A DNA stretch of 64,000 bases from positions 224,001-288,000 of the forward strand of contig CAVZZO010000003.1 of the NCBI GenBank assembly GCA_963779755.1, written 5' to 3'. The notes beneath the pieces were generated by a model. It ran no database searches. It saw nothing but the letters and a program-made list of their open reading frames with translations, and was not told where the DNA came from. The translations under genes were made by a program, and so were the position numbers. Within the stretch, counting starts at the first letter, position 1; each line of letters opens with the position of its first letter. Below are positions 27,710 to 37,567 of the stretch, piece by piece. Origin of the DNA: an uncultured Gemmatimonadales bacterium. Lineage in GTDB: Bacteria; Gemmatimonadota; Gemmatimonadetes; Gemmatimonadales; GWC2-71-9.

Positions 27710-29659
27710 TCAGTCCGTCCAGAGCTGGATGGAGGCACCCGCCGCCAGCGAATCACCGGCCGCCGCGGAGGCGCGCCGCACCGTCCCCAGTCCATGCAGC
27801 ACCACCCGGAACCCGCGCCGATGCAGCAGCGTCACCGCCCGCCGCAGCGGCAGTCCGGCGACCGGGGGGACCTCCCGCCGGCCGGGAACGGCGCTGTCGC
27901 GCGCCGCCCAGGGCCAGGACACGGCGACGGTCGAACGATCTTCCGCCGGCTCGGGTCGAGACTCGCCGGAGGAGGAGCGCACCGTATCCTTCACGGCGAA
28001 CTGGCTCCGGTCGATAGCGACCGAGCGCGCCGCCAGGGCCTGCTGCAGCATCTCGCGGGTCACCGGTGCCGCCGTCTCGCCGCCGTAGATGCTCCCCTTG
28101 GGGTTTTCGATCTTCACGATAACCACGAGCTGGGGATCGTCCGCCGGAAAGAGCGCGGCAAAGCTGGCGGTATAACTGCCCGAGACGTAGGCCCCACCCT
28201 CGTGGCGGATGGCGGTGCCGGTCTTCCCCAGCAACCCGATATGGGCCAGCTGCGCCCGGGCGCCGGTGCCGCCCTCGCTCACGGCTCCACGCATGAAGTC
28301 CCGCAGCCTTGCCGCCACCTCGGGAGTGATGCAACGGCGGACCGGCTCCGGCCGGTGGCGGTAGAGCACCGTGCCATCGGGCGCGCGGATTTCCCGCACC
28401 AGGGTGGGCGAGAGGAGAATCCCGTCATTGGCGATCGCGCCGTAGGCCACCGCCAGCTGCAGCGGCGTCACCTCCAGCTCGTAGCCCATGGCCAGGCTGT
28501 GGCCGCTCTCGCCGCTCCACTGATCCGGCCGCGCCAGCCGCCCGCGCGACTCCGAGGGGAACTCCACGCCGGTGGGGCTGCCGAACCCGAAATCGCGCAA
28601 CATGTCATACTGCTCGTCGGGCGAGAGCCGCTCGCTGAATTTGGCCATGGCGATGTTGCTGGACACCTCGATGGCCTCGGCCAGGGTGAGATAGCCGTCC
28701 TGCTCTTCCACGTCGCGAATCGGTTTGCGCCGGCCCGGCACCTGCCACACACCGCGCTCCCCGAAGACCACGTCGCTGTCGCGGACCCGGTCCAGCATGA
28801 GCAGCGCGGCCGCGGTGAACAGCTTGGCCGTCGACCCGGGCTCGGCCGGGTCGGTGAAGGCGGTGGGACGGTCGCCGCGCCCGTTGGCCTGGCGCGAGGC
28901 GATGGCCAGCAGCTCGCCGGTATGGGGATCGTAGAAGACCACATCGCCGCCGTCGGCGCGGTAGCTGTGCATCGCCTGGTCCAGCGCCGCCTCGGCGATC
29001 TCCTGCAGCTCGTTGTCGATGGTCAGGAGGATGTCATCGCCCGCTACCGGCTGCCGTACCACCCGTGACGGCGATTCGTACCGGCGCCCGCGCGAGTCCT
29101 TGAGCAGGACCTGCTCCCCGGGCGTCCCGGTGAGAATCGGATCCAGCGACATCTCCAGCCCCGACGCCCCGCCGGCGCTGTCGGGCGAGAGGCCGCCGAT
29201 CAGCGGCCGGGCGAGATCGTGGGCGGGGTAGAAGCGGGCATACTCCGGCTCGAGATGAATACCTCGCAGGGTACGGATGCGCGCGACCTGTTCCGCCGTG
29301 AAAGGGCCGTGATAGTAGAGCCAGCTGCGGCCGCGCCTCCAATCGCGCTCCAGCCGGGCGAGCGGAATCCCCAGCGCTCGGGACACGGCCTTGAGGGTGG
29401 CGGAGCGGTCGGTCACCTCGTTGGGCGCGAGCCCCAGGTGATAGAACTCCTGGCTTACGGCGAGGCTGCTGCCGTCGCGGTCGAGCAGGCTGCCGCGCCG
29501 GGCGGGGATAGGCACGTCTTCCGTGCGGGTCTGCGCCGCCGCCCGCGCCCATTGCCCTCCCTGCACCAGCTGGAGCTGGGCCGCGCGGGCGATCACCGCG
29601 AACACGGCGAGTACAAAGAAGGCCTCGACCGCCCGGATCCGGGCCACCGGTCGGGTCAT
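27710..29659 (-). CDS. ftsI: Class B PBP FtsI/PBP3 with a C-terminal PASTA-like segment
   Basis: RG.L.DR.G, EPGSTAK (SxxK), SSN (SxN), KTGT; follows ftsL. Confidence 0.94.
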   Translation of the reverse strand: MTRPVARIRAVEAFFVLAVFAVIARAAQLQLVQGGQWARAAAQTRTEDVPIPARRGSLLDRDGSSLAVSQEFYHLGLAPNEVTDRSATLKAVSRALGIPLARLERDWRRGRSWLYYHGPFTAEQVARIRTLRGIHLEPEYARFYPAHDLARPLIGGLSPDSAGGASGLEMSLDPILTGTPGEQVLLKDSRGRRYESPSRVVRQPVAGDDILLTIDNELQEIAEAALDQAMHSYRADGGDVVFYDPHTGELLAIASRQANGRGDRPTAFTDPAEPGSTAKLFTAAALLMLDRVRDSDVVFGERGVWQVPGRRKPIRDVEEQDGYLTLAEAIEVSSNIAMAKFSERLSPDEQYDMLRDFGFGSPTGVEFPSESRGRLARPDQWSGESGHSLAMGYELEVTPLQLAVAYGAIANDGILLSPTLVREIRAPDGTVLYRHRPEPVRRCITPEVAARLRDFMRGAVSEGGTGARAQLAHIGLLGKTGTAIRHEGGAYVSGSYTASFAALFPADDPQLVVIVKIENPKGSIYGGETAAPVTREMLQQALAARSVAIDRSQFAVKDTVRSSSGESRPEPAEDRSTVAVSWPWAARDSAVPGRREVPPVAGLPLRRAVTLLHRRGFRVVLHGLGTVRRASAAAGDSLAAGASIQLWTD

Positions 29660-29946
29660 CGCCGCTCTCCTGGAGGGGTGAGCTCCATCATCTTGAATTC
29701 GGAATCGGACGGCAGATGCAGCCCCAGCCGTTCCGCCCTCGGCACCAGGACGGCTCGGCTGCCGGCCACGCTGATCCGCCGCTCCAGCTCGGCCCGCTGG
29801 GCTTCGAGCGCGCGGCGCTCCTCACGCAACTGCCCCAGCTGGCTCGCCAGCCGGTAGGCGGCGGACTGGCGGGCGACGACGATGGACGCCACGCCCAGAA
29901 AGAGCGCGAGCCAGACCACGACCCAGTGGCGTCCCCTAAGCTGCAT
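29656..29946 (-). CDS. ftsL: Cell division protein FtsL-like
   Basis: One TM, a Leu-zipper coiled coil and A..LGL..P; lies between rsmH and ftsI with overlapping stop/start. Confidence 0.75.
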   Translation of the reverse strand: MQLRGRHWVVVWLALFLGVASIVVARQSAAYRLASQLGQLREERRALEAQRAELERRISVAGSRAVLVPRAERLGLHLPSDSEFKMMELTPPGERR

Positions 29947-30850
29947 CGGTCACATGGAACAGGCGAAGCCGGGCGCTGCGTGCCCGGGAGTTGGCGGCGA
30001 TTTCCTGGGCTTCCGGAACGATCGCGCGGCGCGGCCGCATCCGCCCCAGTGGCCGGCCCCGGCAGGTGCACACCGGCTGGCCCGGCGGGCAGATGCAGGC
30101 GCGTGCCCACTCCTGAAAGGCGTGCTTCACGACGCGATCTTCTCCTGAATGGTAACTGATGATCGCCAGCGTCCCAACCGGGGCCAGCGCGTCCCGCATG
30201 GCGGGGAGCGCGCGCCCGAGGCCCTCCAGCTCGTCGTTCACCGCGATGCGCAACGCCTGGAAGAGCCTGGCGAAGTCGCCCGGACCGGCCCGCGCGCCCA
30301 GGACCTCACGGATGGCGTTGACCAGGTCGTCGCTCACCGCGAAGGGCGCGCGGTGCCGGCGCCGGGCGATGGCCCGTGCCAACGCACGGGCGCGCCGCTC
30401 GTCGCCGTAGTCGGCGAAGATCCGGGCCAGTTCGGCCTCCCCCAGCGTGTTCAGCAGATCGGCGGCCCCGGCCCCCTGGCCGCTCATGCGCATGTCGAGC
30501 GGCACGCCCCGCCGGAAGGTGAATCCCAGGGCCGGGTCGTCCAGCTGCCGGGAGGAAACCCCCAGGTCCAGTAGAATGAAGCCGGGGCGGAATGCGGCGA
30601 TGGCGGCGAGTGCCTCCGGCGCGCTATACGCGGCCACCAGGTAGTCGATGCCCTGGGCCCCCAGCCGTTCCCGCGCCCGGCGGATCGCCTCGGGATCGCG
30701 GTCGATCCCCAGCACCCGGGCCCCCCGGGCGAGGAACAAGCGGGCATGGCCGCCGTCGCCCAGGGTGGCATCCACCACACGCGCCGCGTCGCCTGCCGCC
30801 TGCAGCACGGCGGCGGCCAGCACCGGTTCATGGAACACGGAGTCGGTCAT
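29936..30850 (-). CDS. rsmH: 16S rRNA m4C1402 methyltransferase
   Basis: HEPVL, DATLG.GGH, DLGVSS.QLD, PLDMRM, FQALRIAVN.EL, SYHSGEDR, N.RARSA.LR. Confidence 0.97.
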   Translation of the reverse strand: MTDSVFHEPVLAAAVLQAAGDAARVVDATLGDGGHARLFLARGARVLGIDRDPEAIRRARERLGAQGIDYLVAAYSAPEALAAIAAFRPGFILLDLGVSSRQLDDPALGFTFRRGVPLDMRMSGQGAGAADLLNTLGEAELARIFADYGDERRARALARAIARRRHRAPFAVSDDLVNAIREVLGARAGPGDFARLFQALRIAVNDELEGLGRALPAMRDALAPVGTLAIISYHSGEDRVVKHAFQEWARACICPPGQPVCTCRGRPLGRMRPRRAIVPEAQEIAANSRARSARLRLFHVTDAA

Positions 30851-30865
30851 GCCGGGTGGCGCCGG

Positions 30866-30909
30866 GGAAAATACGACACCCCGCCGGCCGGAGCCGGCGG
30901 GGTGCGTCG
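30866..30909 (-). terminator. Intrinsic terminator-like hairpin after tRNA-Asp
   Basis: 12-bp perfect stem caccccgccggc/gccggcggggtg with a 4-nt loop, followed on the minus strand by TCGTATTTT. Confidence 0.65.
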
Positions 30910-30919
30910 AGAAGACAAG

Positions 30920-30994
30920 CGGGGCTGACGGGGCTCGAACCCGCGACCTCCGCAGTGACAGTGCGGCACTCTAACCAAGCTGAGCTACAGCCCC
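30920..30994 (-). tRNA. tRNA-Asp (GTC)
   Basis: GGGGCTG/CAGCCCC acceptor stem, D-arm TAGCTCAGCTTGGTTAGAG, anticodon arm CCGCA-CTGTCAC-TGCGG, GGTTCGAGCC T-arm; CCA not encoded. Confidence 0.96.
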
Positions 30995-31046
30995 CGAAAG
31001 AGCCGGGTAATATAGAGACCGCCCCTGCCGGGAGGAAGCCCTCCGG

Positions 31047-32813
31047 CTACTTGCAGTACACCTTGATCATCGAGTCGGCACGCTTCAGATACTGCTCCAC
31101 GTTCCCCAGCAGCTTGGCGATGTTATCCGGCTGCACCGACTGGCCCAGGGTGAACGCATCGCGGGCCTGGCTCAGCAGCCCCTTCTCCCGCCGGGCCAGG
31201 TCGCAGGACTTCTGCTTCTCCGCCACCGGGTCGATGCTCGGGACCTGGAAGAAAGTCGCCAGTCCCAGCAGGTAGTTGGCGGTGGGATACACGCGGCTGG
31301 TCGAGTCGGACATGCGGACGGCCATCCGCATGGCGGCCGCGGCCTGTTGCAGCAGCAGCGTGTCGAGCGGCTGGTGCTGGATCAGCGGCAGCGCGCCGTT
31401 GGTCAGCAGCACCGCGGTGGCCTGTTTCTGGTCGGCGGTGCCGTGGGCGTTCACGTATTGCACCAGGGGCATCGCCTCCGCCACCCGTGTGGGCATGGAA
31501 TCGGTGCCGGCCGAAGTATCGGCCAGCGCCTTGATGGCCGCCAGCGCCGCGGGCACCTGAGTGCTGTCCACCTGGAGCAGGTGCTCGGTGGTGGCCACCA
31601 TGCTGTCCGGCTGGCCTGCCGCCTGATAGGCGTTGATCAGCTGCTGCAGCAGGTCGGTGTTGTTGGGATATTTGTCCACGCCCCGCCGGGCCCAGTTGAC
31701 CCAGCGGGTGGTGTCCGGGTTGTCCGACGGGTTGGAGGCCATGACGGAGATCTTGAGATAGAACAGACTGTCGGCCTTGGTGCTGTCGATCTCGAAGACC
31801 TTTTCCAGGGCGTCCACCGCGCAGCGGTAGTTGTTTTCGAAGACGCAGACGTTGCTCAGCAGGTCGTAAAAGTCGGGATTGTAGGGATCGAGCTTGATTG
31901 CCTCTTCCGCCACCTGCCGCGCCGCGTCGGTCCGCCCCACGGCCAGGAAGTATTTCAGCGCCTGCTCCCGCAGCGGCTGGTTGGTGGGCGCCGCGATGAG
32001 CATCTGCTGGTAGGCGTGCACCGTGCCGGCCGTGTCGTTCTCCTGCCGGTACCGCTCGGCCAGCATGGTCCAGGCCCGCAGACTCTGCGGGTCGCTCTCG
32101 GTGGCGTGCTTGAGCAGCGCGATCAGGCTGTCGTCGCTGACCTTCTGGCTCGCCGCCCCGCTGTCGCGCCGGGCGATATCCACCAGGCAGATCCAGGCCA
32201 GCCCGCTCTGCGGATTGTCTCGAATCGCCTTCCGGGCGGACTCCTCCGCCTTCTTGGGATCCTGCCGCATGGTGTTGATGCAGTCGTGGGCATCGTCGGC
32301 CGACTTGACGGCCGGCTTGAGCTCGTCCGCCACCCTCTTGCCCAGATCCTCGAGATTCTGCCCCTGCTGCTGGGCCACGTTCACCACGGTCCCCGCATCG
32401 TCGCTGATACCTACCAGCCGCGCGGTCACCGTGTGCAGCCCGTCGTTGCGGGCCAGTGTGCTGGTCACCAGCATGCGGGCGGTCAGCTCGATAGCGAACC
32501 GGCGCTGCACCAGCGGCTGCAGAATGGCATCGTCGGGATAGCCGTACTTCTCCAGCGCTTCGTTCATGGTCTTGCGGCTCAGCACCTGGAACTCGTTCCG
32601 CGCCACATTGTCCATCCGGTCGCGCACGGCCGACCCGATCTGCACCGCGGCCGCCGAGTCGGTGGACGCGAATGCGTAGGGATTGGCCACCATGAGCCGG
32701 GGCAGCGTCCGCGACCCACCCCCGATATGGGCGCCGGTAGGTATCTGCCCAGACACCGGCGCCGCGACCACGGCCGCAAACACGCCAAGGGTGACCACAC
32801 GAGACATGCGCAT
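31047..32813 (-). CDS. Secreted TPR-repeat protein
   Basis: ATG 32813 with GGAGG upstream (the longer ORF overlaps tRNA-Val); signal peptide ending VSG-Q; multiple TPR-like helices; paired cysteines. Confidence 0.8.
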   Translation of the reverse strand: MRMSRVVTLGVFAAVVAAPVSGQIPTGAHIGGGSRTLPRLMVANPYAFASTDSAAAVQIGSAVRDRMDNVARNEFQVLSRKTMNEALEKYGYPDDAILQPLVQRRFAIELTARMLVTSTLARNDGLHTVTARLVGISDDAGTVVNVAQQQGQNLEDLGKRVADELKPAVKSADDAHDCINTMRQDPKKAEESARKAIRDNPQSGLAWICLVDIARRDSGAASQKVSDDSLIALLKHATESDPQSLRAWTMLAERYRQENDTAGTVHAYQQMLIAAPTNQPLREQALKYFLAVGRTDAARQVAEEAIKLDPYNPDFYDLLSNVCVFENNYRCAVDALEKVFEIDSTKADSLFYLKISVMASNPSDNPDTTRWVNWARRGVDKYPNNTDLLQQLINAYQAAGQPDSMVATTEHLLQVDSTQVPAALAAIKALADTSAGTDSMPTRVAEAMPLVQYVNAHGTADQKQATAVLLTNGALPLIQHQPLDTLLLQQAAAAMRMAVRMSDSTSRVYPTANYLLGLATFFQVPSIDPVAEKQKSCDLARREKGLLSQARDAFTLGQSVQPDNIAKLLGNVEQYLKRADSMIKVYCK

Positions 32814-32881
32814 TCCAGTTGACCTCCGATTCCTGTTCCGTGACGAGGCCGGCCCTGAGACCAGTCCCCGAGGCCCTGCGA

Positions 32882-32956
32882 TGGGCGAAGAGGGATTCGA
32901 ACCCCCGACTTCCTGCGTGTAAGGCAGGCGCTCTGAACCGGCTGAGCTATTCGCCC
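32882..32956 (-). tRNA. tRNA-Val (TAC)
   Basis: GGGCGAA/TTCGCCC acceptor stem, anticodon arm CCTGC-CTTACAC-GCAGG, GGTTCGAATCC T-arm; CCA not encoded. Confidence 0.96.
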
Positions 32957-32982
32957 GGGTCACCAGCCCGACTGGCCCTGCG

Positions 32983-33174
32983 CTACAGCGCAAGCCCGAG
33001 CGGGATCAGGACACAATAGCCCACCACCAGGAGCGCTGCCGCAACCGTCGTGCCGCCTGCCTTGAGCAGGAGAAACCCGGCAATGACAACGAGCAAACCC
33101 AGCCCGAGCACGAGAAGATTCTTGCGGCCGAGCAGGGCGCTGGGTCGGGATGGGGGGGCAGAAGGTGCTGGCAT
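32983..33174 (-). CDS. Small two-TM membrane protein (DUF3098-like)
   Basis: 63 aa; G.KN...L.LG...I.GF.L then a second TM LLVVGYCVLIP. Confidence 0.65.
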   Translation of the reverse strand: MPAPSAPPSRPSALLGRKNLLVLGLGLLVVIAGFLLLKAGGTTVAAALLVVGYCVLIPLGLAL

Positions 33175-33185
33175 ATAGACTTACA

Positions 33186-33215
33186 ACCTTAACCGCCTGT
33201 CCGCTGCCCGGTCAA
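33186..33215 (-). promoter_or_regulatory. Candidate sigma70-like promoter (TTGACC-18 nt-TAAGGT) for the small protein and tRNA-Val
   Basis: Motifs read directly on the minus strand, 11 nt upstream of ATG 33174. Confidence 0.45.
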
Positions 33216-33293
33216 GCGCGATTGTCGTACGGGACAGGAGTTGTCCTCTTTCTACGGCACCCAACCGGCCTCATAGCGGCCCCGACCTCCCGT

Positions 33294-34256
33294 TCAACAT
33301 CGGGAAGCGCAGACGGGCGAGCGGTGCGCATGGTCACACCTGCTCCGGTGGGGGGGATCTTCGGGCGGCAGCACCCAGCCTTCGTTGAGCGCCAGGCGCC
33401 GGGGCCGGTCGGTCCAGCGTCGATACCACCAGAGGGCCACCACCAGCAGCGCCATGACGGTCCAGAACCCGCCCGCTGCCAGCCAGATCAGCAGGTTGTA
33501 GCGGTGCTTCAGGGTCTGGAGCCACTCCTCCTGGTATTGCCCCAGGGTACGCCCGGTGGCCGCGCGCACTGCGGCGGAAAAGTCCTCCCCCTGCTCCAGC
33601 CTCCGCATGAGCGGCGCGAGATCGTCGCCCGGAATGCGCCGGGCCAGTTCCATCACGGCCGACATGGCCAGCGCATACGCGCCGTCGGCCATCGAAGCCG
33701 TGCCCCGGAGCGCGGCGTTCAGACGATCGAAATCGGGAATGCTGCGCCGCAGCACCATCAGGCTCAGCCGCAGGGCGTCAAGCCGGTCCCACTCGCCGGC
33801 GGCCATGGCGGCGTAGCCTTCATCGAACCAGAGCGGGACGCGGGTCTGCACCGCGTGGTGCAGAGCGAGATGCGCCAGCTCGTGCCGCAGGGTGCGCCCC
33901 AGATCCGCCTGATCCGACCGGAGGACAATCGTTCGGCTGCCGGGAAAGGCGAGACCGGCACCCCAGGACGGGGCCCGGCCCCGCCCCACCTGCTCGAAGG
34001 TGGCGGCATCGGGGACCAGCACCAGCCGCAGCGGCGGTGGCCGGCGCGTGCCGAGGCCGGGCCAGCGGGCCGGCTGGCCGGCCCGTTCGGCCAGCGCCAG
34101 GGCGAGCGAGAGCTGGGCCGGCCGGGCGACGACCGTCACCGGGCCGACCTGGACGATCCTGGGTTCGTCTCCGGCAGGACGCTGCGCCGGCGCGCCCGGC
34201 GTCAGCCGTGCGGGCGCGGCCAGCGCAAGCAGAATCAGGCAGGCACGGACGGTCGT
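33294..34256 (-). CDS. Peptidase MA-like (gluzincin) zinc metallopeptidase with a signal peptide and C-terminal TM
   Basis: HELAH + P.WFDEG.A; C-terminal TM followed by a basic stretch. The frame extends upstream of GTG 34139 to a signal-like TVRACLILLALAAPA that begins at ACG 34256 behind GGAGGAG. Confidence 0.8.
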   Translation of the reverse strand, partial: TTVRACLILLALAAPARLTPGAPAQRPAGDEPRIVQVGPVTVVARPAQLSLALALAERAGQPARWPGLGTRRPPPLRLVLVPDAATFEQVGRGRAPSWGAGLAFPGSRTIVLRSDQADLGRTLRHELAHLALHHAVQTRVPLWFDEGYAAMAAGEWDRLDALRLSLMVLRRSIPDFDRLNAALRGTASMADGAYALAMSAVMELARRIPGDDLAPLMRRLEQGEDFSAAVRAATGRTLGQYQEEWLQTLKHRYNLLIWLAAGGFWTVMALLVVALWWYRRWTDRPRRLALNEGWVLPPEDPPHRSRCDHAHRSPVCASRC

Positions 34257-35110
34257 GGCGGTGCTCCTCCGGTCGCCACCAGGTCCAGCAGTTCCTTGCA
34301 GCGTTTGCCCCAGGGGTTGAAACGGTTCGCCTTGGCGCCGTCGGTCCAGGCCGCGGTGGCCTGGTCCCGTTCACCGGCAAACCAGAGCGCGCGACCCAGT
34401 TCGTACCAGGCCTCGGTGAGATTGGGGCCCAGTTCAAGCGTCTTGCGGAAGAAGACCTGGGCGTCTTCGAACATCTCGCGCTCCAGGTAGACCAGCCCGA
34501 GGTAGAAATGGGCGTAGAGCGTGGCCTTGCGGTCGTTATCCAGCCGGATGGCCTTGGAGAGATGCTCGATCGCTTCGCCGAAGATGCGCTTCTTGAGGCA
34601 GATATAGCCCACATTGATCCGGGCCAGCGAATTGGCCGGCTCGCGCATCAATACCTTGCTGAAGGTCGCGAGCGCGTCGTCGTAATCCTCGTGGAGCATC
34701 TGGGCCCAGCCCAGCAGCGACTGCGCCTGGATATCGCCGGGCGCCAGCGTGAGTGCCCGGGTGAGGGCCTGGATGGCGCCGTCATAGTCGCCCAGCGAAA
34801 TGAGGCTCCAGCCCTTCTCGATGAAGGTCGAGGCACCCAGATGGTCGGCGTGCATCATGGGCCGTGCGCCGGTGAACTTCGGCGCCTGGGCGTTTTCGGC
34901 TTCCCCCGCGGCCTGCTTGTACCGTTCCACCAGGGTGCGAATATCCTCCTTGAGGCGCGTCAGTTCGCCCAGCGTACCGTCAACTTCCTTGAACAACCCG
35001 ATGATATCGCGTTTGATCCCTTCCCGGCTCGCCTGGCTGGAGACCTGCTCCAGGGCCGACGCGATCGCGTCGTACCGCCGGCGGAGCGCGGACGCGTAGC
35101 TGTCGTTCAC
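34235..35110 (-). CDS. Coiled-coil + TPR protein of the chemosensory locus
   Basis: N-terminal heptad helix then about 5 TPRs (e.g. ARINVGYICLK, AHFYLGLVYLE, AWYELGRALW); GTGA overlap with cheW. Confidence 0.85.
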   Translation of the reverse strand: MNDSYASALRRRYDAIASALEQVSSQASREGIKRDIIGLFKEVDGTLGELTRLKEDIRTLVERYKQAAGEAENAQAPKFTGARPMMHADHLGASTFIEKGWSLISLGDYDGAIQALTRALTLAPGDIQAQSLLGWAQMLHEDYDDALATFSKVLMREPANSLARINVGYICLKKRIFGEAIEHLSKAIRLDNDRKATLYAHFYLGLVYLEREMFEDAQVFFRKTLELGPNLTEAWYELGRALWFAGERDQATAAWTDGAKANRFNPWGKRCKELLDLVATGGAPPRPSVPA

Positions 35111-35604
35111 TGGCCGGCCTCCCCGGGCGCGGCCCCCGCCACCGGCTCCAGGCCGTCGGCCAGCGCGAGGCGCTCCTCCGAGTTCAGCAGCCGGTTGGCA
35201 TGCAGCAACAACACGGTGCGCTTCCCCCGCGGCAGGATCCCCGCGATGTATTCGGCCGCGAGCCCGCGCACCATGGGCGGCGGCGCGCTGATGGCCGTGC
35301 TGTCCACCCGGGCGACTTCGACCACCCGGTCCACCGTCACCGCCACCCGATGGTCGTCCAGCTGGAGCACTACCAGCCGGGTCTCGTCGGTGTGGGGGGC
35401 CGGCATCTCCAGCCGCCGCCGGAGGTCCACCAGCGGCACCACACCCTCACCATAAGGAATGACCCCCTCGAGGAAGGCGGGAGCCCGGGGCAGCCGGGTC
35501 GGCTCCTGCCAGCGGAGGATCCGCTCCACCTGAAAGATGTCGACCCCGAACTCCTGCGGCCCTACCTCGAAGATCACGATCTGCACCTGGTCATCGGTCA
35601 GCAT
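35107..35604 (-). CDS. cheW: Chemotaxis coupling protein CheW
   Basis: F.VG..EFGVDI..V..I, P.APAFLEGVI...G.VPLVDLR, VDRV.EV, PP. Confidence 0.9.
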   Translation of the reverse strand: MLTDDQVQIVIFEVGPQEFGVDIFQVERILRWQEPTRLPRAPAFLEGVIPYGEGVVPLVDLRRRLEMPAPHTDETRLVVLQLDDHRVAVTVDRVVEVARVDSTAISAPPPMVRGLAAEYIAGILPRGKRTVLLLHANRLLNSEERLALADGLEPVAGAAPGEAGQ

Positions 35605-36031
35605 GCGGGACCTCCATTGCTGTCAGGCGCGTTGCCAGCGCCGCGATATCCAGAATCGGGATCCAGGCGTCGTCCCGGCGGGTCACCGCCACCGCCCAGG
35701 GCAGCGTTTCGCCGGCCGGGACGGGCAGCAGCTCACCCTGCACCACCGCCTCGGCCTCATCGACATCCAGCAGCAGCAGGGCACTGCCCAGCCGCAGCAG
35801 GATGCCCATCGTGTCCGCCCGGGCCGGCGGCTCCGGATCCTGCAGCAGCTGCCGCAGGTCGACGACCGGCACCAGGTGACCGCGCACCGGCGCCAGGCCG
35901 CGGCATGCCGCCGCCGCGGCCGGCACGGGGTGAATGCCGGCAATGTCCTCTACGGCCACCACATGCTCCAGCGGCAGCCCCACCCGGCGCCTCCCCAGAC
36001 GCACCAGCAGGAATTCCAGCGCTCCGGTCAT
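35591..36031 (-). CDS. cheW: CheW-like protein
   Basis: GL.L..V..V, VP......GL..VRG.LVPVVDL; more divergent copy. Confidence 0.82.
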   Translation of the reverse strand: MTGALEFLLVRLGRRRVGLPLEHVVAVEDIAGIHPVPAAAAACRGLAPVRGHLVPVVDLRQLLQDPEPPARADTMGILLRLGSALLLLDVDEAEAVVQGELLPVPAGETLPWAVAVTRRDDAWIPILDIAALATRLTAMEVPHADR

Positions 36032-37098
36032 GAATGATCCAGACGCTCGAGCAACTGCATGACCCGGGCCGCGATCTCGCCCAGCGGGAGAACCTGGTCG
36101 GCGCCTCCGGCCTGCCGCGCTGCGTTGGGCATGCCGTAGACCGTAGCCGTGGATCGGTCCTGCGCGATCCCGAAGCCGCCTGCGTTATGGATGGCCCGCA
36201 GGCCGGCCGCGCCGTCCCGGCCCAGGCCGGTCAGCACCACCCCGACCGCGCGCCGTCCAAACTGCTCTGCCACCGATTGGAACAGCGGGTCGGCGGCGGG
36301 CCGCACGCCCCAGATCGACGGGCCCTGCTCCAGCCGCAGCACGGGGCCATCCGGCCCGGCCGCAACCCGCAGGTGGTAGTCGCCCGGAGCCACGAAGGCG
36401 CTGTCGGCCAGGAGCGGCATACCGTCCTCCGCCTCGACCACCCGCAGGGCGCTCTGCCCCGCCAGGCGCTCGGCCAGGCCGCGGGTGAACGCGGCCGGCA
36501 TATGCTGCACGATAACCACGGCCGCTCCCCGGCCCAGGCTCAGGCAGGGCACCACCTCCGCCAGCGCGCGAGGGCCGCCGGTGGAGGCGGCGATCGCGAC
36601 ACAGGCGCTGGCCAGATCGTGACCGGCGCTCTTCCGGGGCGGTGCCTTGCGGGGCCGGGCCAGCACCGGCAGGCGCCCGATGTCCGCCACCAGGGCCGCA
36701 TCCAGCGCCGCCACCAGGGCCGGCCCCAGGCGCTCCAGTCCATCCCGGCCGGCGCGGGGGTTCTTGTCCACGATTTCCACCGCGCCGAGTTCCAGCGCAC
36801 GGATGGCCGCCTCGCTGCCGGTGCCGGCGTGGGCGCTGAAGACCACGATCGGGCGCGGGACCTCGGACATGATGTAGCCGATCGCCTCCAGGCCGTCGAC
36901 CTGGGGCATTTCCAGGTCCATGACCACGATGTCGGGCTGGTACTGGTGCACCTTGCGCAGTCCGTCGAGGCCGTTGCGGGCCGTGGCCACCACCCGAAAC
37001 CTGCCGGTACGGGCGAGCAGCTCGGTCAGGACCTGGCGCACCAGGGCGCTGTCGTCCACGACCAGCACCGAGGTGTGCTCAGAGGATTTGTTCACCAC
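36028..37098 (-). CDS. cheB: REC-containing methylesterase CheB
   Basis: VVDDS...R, MDLEMP receiver; ASTGGP, VQHMP and LTGLG.DG catalytic Ser-His-Asp; VYGMP. Confidence 0.95.
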   Translation of the reverse strand: MVNKSSEHTSVLVVDDSALVRQVLTELLARTGRFRVVATARNGLDGLRKVHQYQPDIVVMDLEMPQVDGLEAIGYIMSEVPRPIVVFSAHAGTGSEAAIRALELGAVEIVDKNPRAGRDGLERLGPALVAALDAALVADIGRLPVLARPRKAPPRKSAGHDLASACVAIAASTGGPRALAEVVPCLSLGRGAAVVIVQHMPAAFTRGLAERLAGQSALRVVEAEDGMPLLADSAFVAPGDYHLRVAAGPDGPVLRLEQGPSIWGVRPAADPLFQSVAEQFGRRAVGVVLTGLGRDGAAGLRAIHNAGGFGIAQDRSTATVYGMPNAARQAGGADQVLPLGEIAARVMQLLERLDHS

Positions 37099-37567
37099 GC
37101 GCCGCCGTCCGCACGACCACCTGTCCGTTGGCCACCCGGAACCAGACGGAGCGGCCGCAGTCGCCGCCGACCAGCTCCCGGATGAGCGGGATGCCGTGCC
37201 GGTGCAGTACCTCGCGGGCCGCCACCAGGTTGCGTTCGCCCATCTGGATGGTGCCGGGGGTGGAGAGATTGGTGAACAGCGACGCCCCGCCCACCAGCCG
37301 GGCGGTCACCCGGCGCGGGTTGGCGCCCGCGGCACCCATGGCCTCGAGCAGCGCCGGAACGGCGGTGTGGGGCACCCGTCCCGGGCGATCCGACCGGCGG
37401 TTGAGCGACAGACTCGGCAACATGACGTGCGCCAGCCCGCCCACCCGGGTGGCCGGATCGTGCAGGAGGATGGCGACACAGGAGCCCAGCCCCAGGGTCA
37501 CCAGCACCGTCCCCTCGGAGCCGACGGCCAGCTCGGCCACCCCGACGATCGTTTCGCAGTCGCTCAC
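37079..37567 (-). CDS. cheD: Chemoreceptor glutamine deamidase CheD
   Basis: GTG 37567; TLGLGSCVA (catalytic Cys), GGLAHVMLP (His), LVGGA, GERN, VGG..GR. Confidence 0.93.
   Translation of the reverse strand: MSDCETIVGVAELAVGSEGTVLVTLGLGSCVAILLHDPATRVGGLAHVMLPSLSLNRRSDRPGRVPHTAVPALLEAMGAAGANPRRVTARLVGGASLFTNLSTPGTIQMGERNLVAAREVLHRHGIPLIRELVGGDCGRSVWFRVANGQVVVRTAARGEQIL

Noticed and set aside
32814..32993. N-terminal extension of the 648-aa TPR ORF
   Set aside because: It overlaps tRNA-Val; the SD and signal peptide point to ATG 32813.
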